From positions 310,001 through 374,000 of the forward strand of contig JAQGDQ010000007.1 of the NCBI GenBank assembly GCA_030141605.1: a DNA stretch of 64,000 nt. Direction: 5' to 3'. Position 1 is the first letter of the stretch, and every line of letters starts with the position of its first letter. A program made the translations under genes and the position numbers. A model generated the notes under the pieces. The model was not told the origin of the DNA and did no database searches. It saw only the letters and a list, made by a program, of their open reading frames with translations. Shown here in pieces: positions 57,344 through 64,000 of the stretch. Source of the stretch: Tubiluchus corallicola (Eukaryota > Animalia > Priapulida).

Positions 57344-60300
57344 TTAACAAAAATCATAATGGGCTTGGTTATAATTTTGGCGTTTTTTTCTATGCTGTTG
57401 TGATCTGGGTATAAACTTTGACCGTTTCTCACTTGCAGAGCTGTTCAGATTCGCATCAAAATTCTCCTCACTGCTACTTCCATCAACTCGATTAATTGTT
57501 TTATGGCCCCTCTTATCTGCTACCCTTTCATGGCTCTCTTCCTCATCTGAGCTACTGAATGAAATCGGAGGAGGTCGCACCGCCCTTCGACGACGAGTTT
57601 GTGGAGCGGTTGCCCACTTTATTGCTTCCTCATCACTATCTTCCTCATCTGAACTGATCTTCTTTGTTTTCTTGTGGCTTTTCTGGATTTTCTGAGTAAT
57701 TCTTACATTTGATTTGGTGCGAACATTTAACCCTTTGTTCTGTATCTGCTCATCCACTTTTTCACCTGCTAAGCCCTTCTCGTGTCCTGCACGCAGACGA
57801 TTCTCCAGTTCGTCCAAAGCATTTTTCATTTCAGGTTTTGCAAACTTGCGCGCGCCTTCAACAATTGCCGAGAGATTCGTGAAGACCTGCTCGTCGGCAA
57901 GTTTATCGGCAAAGCAGGAAAAGTTTTCCACCAATCTTTTAACTCCCCGATCGCTGTACGTCAGCAAGGACAGACAGTATGTGAGATCGTGCCACTGACG
58001 TTCTGATCTGGTCGTTCGCATTCTATGGCACAGCTTTTCCACCAAACTCTCTGAATGCTTGTCTTTTTGTATCAACGAAAATAAATGTTGCATAATTGAT
58101 CTGAATTCATCTCCACTAACACCGCAGTCAGGATCTGATAATCTACTTATCACGTCAGGCATGATGTTGTATACGGCATTACCTTTCTTAGATAGTTCTT
58201 GAAAGAACAGTTTCACCAGCGCCGAAATTCTCTCATCTGAATCAAGCAAGCAGTGTGCCATCTCGCTGATTTGACCTTTGACTTTTACCATGTCGTTGAG
58301 AATCAGATGCGTCAGAACCATAATTGTGTTGCGCCTTACATGTGCGGATTCGTCGTGCAACCGAGCATATAAGTGTGCTGTCCATGGTTCCAAGAGATTT
58401 GGAAATCTGAAGCTAAGATCACCAAGTGCAATGATTGTGTTGGCCCGAATGATGGGATATGGGCTCTTCTCCAATATGGTGAACAGCAATTGCAAATTAG
58501 CTTCACAAAAATTTGTGCTAACAATCATAAACTTTGCTAAAGTCAAGCTGGCAGCAGCTTGCAGCTTAGCATCATTATATCTACCCGGATTAGAGCAGAT
58601 ATGTATTATTAAAGGTACAAATTGGGACAGCAAATTTTCACCAGTAACAACCTCATGATCACACAGTTTGCGCATGAAATCTGCCTCCACATCGTCGACA
58701 ATAGCACCTGTCAATCCCATTTCATCTTCGGTCGTTTCAACGTCATGTTTCTTGGTTTTTGACGCTAATTTAAGTTTACCAGAATGTCTTCGTCTTTTCT
58801 CTTCTGTTTCAATATGACGACGTCTCTTTAGCTCGTTCAAGATGCAGACATCAAGATGTACTAACTGCTTCAGTGCAACATGACCGACGACAGTTATCAG
58901 GCGAGTAAGATATACAGAGGATATTTTACACTGCTGCTGTGGTTTATCTTCACTGTTGCTCTTATTGTTGTCGATTGCATTGTTTCTCTCCAACACGGTT
59001 TTTGTCAAACGTTTAATCACATCACTGCAAATGATGTCAGGATGCTCGGCCAGCTTATATATAACAGCAACAGCTTCTTCAGCAAATGGAACATAGTGCA
59101 TATCATCCACTTTCACAGCACCAGACACAAGAATGTCAGCCAGTCGAGTAAACATATCATTTTTTTCATTGAACCTATAGGAAGTTTCTTGGACATCAGC
59201 AGTTTTATGCTTGGACCTAGCCATTTTTAACAACGCAGTGCAAACTGATTGTGCAAGCTGAAAATCATTGCAGTTATGAAGTCCTTGCTCAATTAGTATC
59301 TTAACGTTGCTGCGTACAATATCAACCTCAGCGCTTGCTGCCATGGCGATCAGTTTCAACGCAGCACGTCGCTCGCTGTCAGTGGTTCCGGGGTGCTTCA
59401 TTGCAAATGTCTCCCAGAGCATTTGTATGATATCAGTCCCAATTTCTTCAGTTTTCACAAATTCACTAATCAGTTCTTCTAGTGAGGTCACTTCTGCAAG
59501 GTTGGCATCAACAGTCAAAGCAATCAGGTTTTTTACGATCGCCATTGTTCGGACTCTTTCGTTTTCGCCCGAGGACTGGAGATACAGACGCTTATAAGCT
59601 GCTACCAAAGTTTCCTTGACTCCTGGTTCTGTAGACCAAATTAGCATCAACATTTGTCGCACACCGATCATGGAATTAGACACGCCAAATTCTGATGCAG
59701 TAACAAAAAACTCAATGGCTTCCAAAACATCCGTTTTATTTTTTGAGCCCAGGAGTTGACAAACCAGGGGCAAAGCTGTTTGCATTTGTGATGCAAAACT
59801 AACACAATCTTTCAAGTACTGAACGAGAATCCGCTGTTTCACGACCTCACTGTCAACATTTTCTTGTTCATTTTCCATCACTTCCAGTACCACAGCAGAA
59901 GTCATAAAAGCAAAAAAAATGTTTTTTGCAAGCCTTAAAAATTTAGAAGTCTTAGATTTCTTATCGTTATCCTGTGACTCCTCTACAAAGCTTTCTTCTT
60001 CAAAGGAATCTCGACTGTCTTCTACAAAAAATTCACTAGCCTTTGGAAAATTTTCTAATGCACTATGCATCAACTTGACTGCTTCAGTGAGTCTTCCATC
60101 TTGAAAATATTTTCCGATTCTTGAAGCGACGCTACTTGCGGTTTCATCATTGCCGATGCTTATATCAGTTTCTTTACCAACAGCCTCAAGTCGCTGACTG
60201 CCTACAAGAGTTGGCAGCAGTTCTTCGAGGACATTTTTAACGTTATGTTCAAGTTCTGTCCATTTAGTTTCCACGTCAAATTCACTAGTTTCTTTTTGTT

Positions 60301-61678
60301 GTTCTGCTAAGGTAATTTCTTTCAATTTTTCTACTTCCTTTTCAAGCTTTTCTTTTAATTCGCTAGTTGGAAGTTGTGCTGCGTAAGGATTATGCTTCAA
60401 ATATGCAGTCAGAAATTGGATTGCAGCCTTGCGCACCATGCTTGACTTGTCCTGAAGGCGACCAGTTACAAGCTCAATCAACTTCTGCTGCCGTGGTAAA
60501 GGAATAGCTTTCTTATTAGAAATGGAAAACCATATTTGAAGGACTTTGCTCCGTACAAAAGCATTTACGTCGTGGATATGCTCTTCCAGGTGATCAAGAA
60601 ACTGATTCCTTGTTGATTTCAGTTTCTGATCAGTTTGTTCGTCGCTAAGCATATTAATTACGAGTTCTCCCATCACGCCAAGTACAGCATTTCTCATTAC
60701 GTATGAGTCTTCGTGCAGATAGTCGACTATAACGCTAACACATGGAAGCACAGCAGATGGAATTTTCTCAGCTATTTCTACCATAAATGTTGCATGCGCT
60801 CTAGCACTTGAGTTGTCACGCAACAACTCTTTAGCATCCAATCTGCCTATTTCTCTGATAACATCAAATACCACACTTTTCAGTCCAAACTCATTAACAA
60901 AAATTTCCATGCATTGAGGCAAGTGTATACCCAGGTGTTCAAAATGCTGCAAGAGTTGAACGATTTTCAGACTGGCGCTTAAACCATGATTGTACCGTTT
61001 TACCATCTCACCAAGTAGGAAAAAGACTGCATCCCTTGTTGCTTTATTTCGATTTACATCGGGATTTTCCAGTAACTTATAACAAACCCCAGTTACAAGA
61101 TTAACAAAATCCTCTTCTGGTACAGGAGGGTTCCACAGTTGGATAAGTTTCAGTTGCGACAACTGCAGCAACAGTTGCACAGCGTCGTTCCGCTCATGTT
61201 CCCAATCCCAGCCGGCATTGTTCTTCTTGCTTGCTTTTACCTTGCTGCGAGCCGTTTCCATGATATTGCGGGGTTTCACATCATCTGCCTCAAATAGTTC
61301 TACTAGTTGACAAAGAAGATAACAGCTCATTTTAACAATGTTCAGAAACACCCGTGTTTCCGAGGAACTTTTTGTAGGATTTTGCAACAGTTCCGGAAGT
61401 TTGGAACAAAGTTTCTCGGCCACTTTCAAAATAAGTTTCCACGTTTCAAGTCTCACTTCTGCACCAGCAGAAGCAAAGTGATGCAGTACACTATAACCAG
61501 TGTCGAAGTGCTCTATAACAGCTTTTACACCATTTGTTGAAACAGCAATACGCCACTTATGCACCTCGCTCTGAAGGTTACGTATGGGAGTAACCACCTT
61601 TACTTTATACTGTCTTGAATCCTTAGATGACTGCAAGTCTGCTTTAGCAAGTGGTATTACAAAATCAAAATCGGCCAT
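57344..61678 (-). CDS. NCAPD2: Condensin complex subunit 1 (CAP-D2/Cnd1), 1,444 aa, CDS without introns
   Basis: Single uninterrupted ORF: N-terminal FxIPL, HEAT-repeat blocks HIHDVNAFVRSKVLQIW, GRLQDKSSMVRKAAIQ, QLLGSKNKTDVLEAIEFF, and Cnd1 domain IRANTIIALGDLSFRFPNLLEPWT..LYARLHD..VRRNTIMVLTHLILNDMVKVKGQISEMA. Confidence 0.97.
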   Translation of the reverse strand: MADFDFVIPLAKADLQSSKDSRQYKVKVVTPIRNLQSEVHKWRIAVSTNGVKAVIEHFDTGYSVLHHFASAGAEVRLETWKLILKVAEKLCSKLPELLQNPTKSSSETRVFLNIVKMSCYLLCQLVELFEADDVKPRNIMETARSKVKASKKNNAGWDWEHERNDAVQLLLQLSQLKLIQLWNPPVPEEDFVNLVTGVCYKLLENPDVNRNKATRDAVFFLLGEMVKRYNHGLSASLKIVQLLQHFEHLGIHLPQCMEIFVNEFGLKSVVFDVIREIGRLDAKELLRDNSSARAHATFMVEIAEKIPSAVLPCVSVIVDYLHEDSYVMRNAVLGVMGELVINMLSDEQTDQKLKSTRNQFLDHLEEHIHDVNAFVRSKVLQIWFSISNKKAIPLPRQQKLIELVTGRLQDKSSMVRKAAIQFLTAYLKHNPYAAQLPTSELKEKLEKEVEKLKEITLAEQQKETSEFDVETKWTELEHNVKNVLEELLPTLVGSQRLEAVGKETDISIGNDETASSVASRIGKYFQDGRLTEAVKLMHSALENFPKASEFFVEDSRDSFEEESFVEESQDNDKKSKTSKFLRLAKNIFFAFMTSAVVLEVMENEQENVDSEVVKQRILVQYLKDCVSFASQMQTALPLVCQLLGSKNKTDVLEAIEFFVTASEFGVSNSMIGVRQMLMLIWSTEPGVKETLVAAYKRLYLQSSGENERVRTMAIVKNLIALTVDANLAEVTSLEELISEFVKTEEIGTDIIQMLWETFAMKHPGTTDSERRAALKLIAMAASAEVDIVRSNVKILIEQGLHNCNDFQLAQSVCTALLKMARSKHKTADVQETSYRFNEKNDMFTRLADILVSGAVKVDDMHYVPFAEEAVAVIYKLAEHPDIICSDVIKRLTKTVLERNNAIDNNKSNSEDKPQQQCKISSVYLTRLITVVGHVALKQLVHLDVCILNELKRRRHIETEEKRRRHSGKLKLASKTKKHDVETTEDEMGLTGAIVDDVEADFMRKLCDHEVVTGENLLSQFVPLIIHICSNPGRYNDAKLQAAASLTLAKFMIVSTNFCEANLQLLFTILEKSPYPIIRANTIIALGDLSFRFPNLLEPWTAHLYARLHDESAHVRRNTIMVLTHLILNDMVKVKGQISEMAHCLLDSDERISALVKLFFQELSKKGNAVYNIMPDVISRLSDPDCGVSGDEFRSIMQHLFSLIQKDKHSESLVEKLCHRMRTTRSERQWHDLTYCLSLLTYSDRGVKRLVENFSCFADKLADEQVFTNLSAIVEGARKFAKPEMKNALDELENRLRAGHEKGLAGEKVDEQIQNKGLNVRTKSNVRITQKIQKSHKKTKKISSDEEDSDEEAIKWATAPQTRRRRAVRPPPISFSSSDEEESHERVADKRGHKTINRVDGSSSEENFDANLNSSASEKRSKFIPRSQQHRKKRQNYNQAHYDFC

Positions 61679-62677
61679 TGCTACATCAAAACTGACTCAA
61701 AGAATAGTTTAGTATTCTTGTGTTAGCAGAATTTCTCCAAATGTAATTTGCTGCTTCTTTAACTGCTGAAAGAAAAAAATAAAACATAAATAACTTACAA
61801 ATTTGATCTGTTACTCAAATCCCTTATCAATTTAATGATAATTATAATTGTACAAAAAAGCGATTAATACTTGATGAGAATAAGTATAATGTCGATTAGT
61901 GCACTCATTACTGTTTCATGACTTTTTTGCATACGCACGCCCCATTTTGGGCTTAGGGGACATAACTTTAAATTATGCAAATTCTCTTTTTGTAACAGAA
62001 TCGTAGATATTTGGAATTTTTTAACTTTGACACAGTTAAATGCCTCTAATGTTAAATATTTTACATCATTGTTAGAGAATGAAAACTTGTTGCAACATTG
62101 TAAATTTGAGCGTAACTTGTTAAGAGAGAGCCTTTCCTTTCCTCTTGTATTTCCTTTTATTACATTGTAACACTATTTTGAAAAGAATAAATTAATTAAA
62201 ATCAATCACTATTACGTATTCAAAATGTATAACAATGTAGCTAAAGATTAGTTTTTACCATCCATGTACAAAATTCAAAATTCCAGTACTTTTGTTGCCA
62301 TTAAGCAACATCAGCAGCGAACAAATCTAACATTGCCGTTTAAGTATAGTAAGAATACAGTAGGTGTAGAGTACCGATTAACTAGGAGGTCCATGTTAGT
62401 TAACAATTCTGCTTTTTTTAAACACTGAAAAAATCGGCTTATAAGTGACAAATTTGTTTTCGAGCAAAAGCGTACTCTGTACTAATGCACTAAAATGCCT
62501 ACTAACTTCCTTGTCACTCATATTCTATTATTTATAAGGACCACTGTCATGTTACTGCTTGAATTCCAGTAAGAGCTTTTGGTACTGCTAGAACACAATA
62601 TACTTGCCTTACAGTACACCAAAAAATGGTCTGCAACCGGAGAATTATGTTGCTCACTGTGCGTACTTTCTGACCAC

Positions 62678-64000
62678 CTATTTCAGATAACCTGTAGAAA
62701 AGCTTTTCATCAAGATCACTCTGTTTTTTTCGAAAACAGTAACTGAAATCATCATGCACACTTTGACTGACAAGCACTGCAATTGAACTACAGTAAACTC
62801 TGCGTAACTCAAAATTTTTGCCTAACTCAAAGAATATCAGAGGAACGGATAAAATTCTTCGTTTTTCCCAAAAAAAATATCGCACAACTCAAAACATATA
62901 ACTTTAAGTTTCGCCTAACGCAAAAATGCCGTTTATACTCTAGAAAAATAAAAAGTTTCGTGCAACACAAAAACAGTATTGTCTTCCAGGAAACTTCTGC
63001 TGTCTTACAAGTCGCGCCCCCAGATTTTTTTCTCTGGAATTGGTAGGCTAGCCCCGCTGTCATATTGTTTAACGGTGTTGTGTACAAGTCCTTTAGTAAC
63101 ATTAAAAATTGTTTCACTATATAATTTGTTATTCTTCATGTAATTGTCATGAAATCTTGTCGTCTAGGTATAAAAGGGTTTCTGCCCTCTATTTAGCTCA
63201 CCGTCTGGAGGAGGGATTAAGGGTTTACAGGCTGAAAAATGGTCAACATCCCCTAACTCAGTTTTTTCCATCCGGTTGGATTTGAGATATGCAGAGTTTA
63301 CTGTACTTGCAAACTGCAAAACAAGCATATTTTCAAATATCATGATGTCATCAACATAAGCAACAGTTAAAGAAAGTATGAGGTATAAAAAACAGCTAGA
63401 GAACAAGTTGCTGACAATCATTCAGGCTTATGTATTCTCAAGTTTGACAGATAGTGAGTACTGAGTTGCACATTACGAATCACTCCTGATCTTTCCGTAT
63501 GACTAAGCGCGATTTATGCAAGATACGTTTATGTACGTCATCTGAAAATTAAACTAAATGAGTTAAAAAAAGATAAAGTGTTCGGGGAAAGTATATGTAT
63601 TACTATTAGTATTACAGCAGTTACCAAAATCGGTTAGGCTAGATAGACGACTAGGGCCAAATGTTTCTATCCGTGCATAAGTTACAATCATATCTACCAA
63701 TTTCTGTTAGTCTAATAAGCCGTATCAAACAAAAATATAGCAAATACTTGCAGCAATCAAAATCAAATTTTTAATAACCACAAAATTTAACATTTCTGCC
63801 TACTTATTTCGTAAAAGGCGCCACAATGCGATAACAATTCGGAGTGTCGTAATGCTCATGGAATGGGGGAATTTATGTCAAACAGAATCGTGATTTTGAA
63901 TGTCTTCCATGTGCAATGTACTCGAACTTTTGTGTTGTAACTGAATTCATAATTCATATAAACCTACCTGCATACAACAGACACGCCAATAAGGAAAAAC
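62678..64000 (-). other. Candidate spliced minus-strand exons upstream of NCAPD2 (5' leader with uORF, or 3' end of a small neighbouring gene)
   Basis: Plausible splice sites define exons >=64000-63968 (CAG|GTAGGT), 63313-63202 (TTTTGCAG|...ACG|GTGAGC), 63056-63009 and one beginning at 62691 (TTTTCTACAG|). One frame stays open to a TAG at 62680-62678. Confidence 0.4.

Noticed and set aside
57714-61540. Plus-strand ORFs antisense to NCAPD2
   Set aside because: Short shadow ORFs of a long coding sequence with no recognisable domains.

Overview
AT-rich eukaryotic DNA with GT-AG introns, most likely from an invertebrate animal. It holds three conserved genes. (1) A 31-coding-exon CEP350-like centrosomal gene (+, 3515-37181, ~3,440 aa as assembled by hand) that appears to lack the CAP-Gly domain and has two coding tandem-repeat blocks. 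(2) A 9-exon OLA1/YchF ATPase gene (+, 44852-55250, 398 aa). (3) Condensin I subunit NCAPD2/CAP-D2 (-, 57344-61678), whose 4.3-kb CDS has no introns. Three paralogous double-guide C/D-box snoRNAs of the snR60/SNORD80 (U80) type lie in and just upstream of OLA1. Mobile DNA includes a full-length but disrupted CR1/L2-group LINE with a PHD-APE-RT ORF2, a 5'-truncated RTE LINE inserted at a splice donor, two copies of one hAT MITE with 8-bp TSDs, Harbinger and Tc1/mariner-type elements, and older LINE fragments. The most unusual signals are the OLA1-hosted snoRNA triplet, a tandem array of duplicated (decoy) splice acceptors in CEP350, an intronic RFX X-box next to a splice donor, the apparent CAP-Gly loss, and the retrogene-like NCAPD2. 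All calls were made by eye with no database searches.
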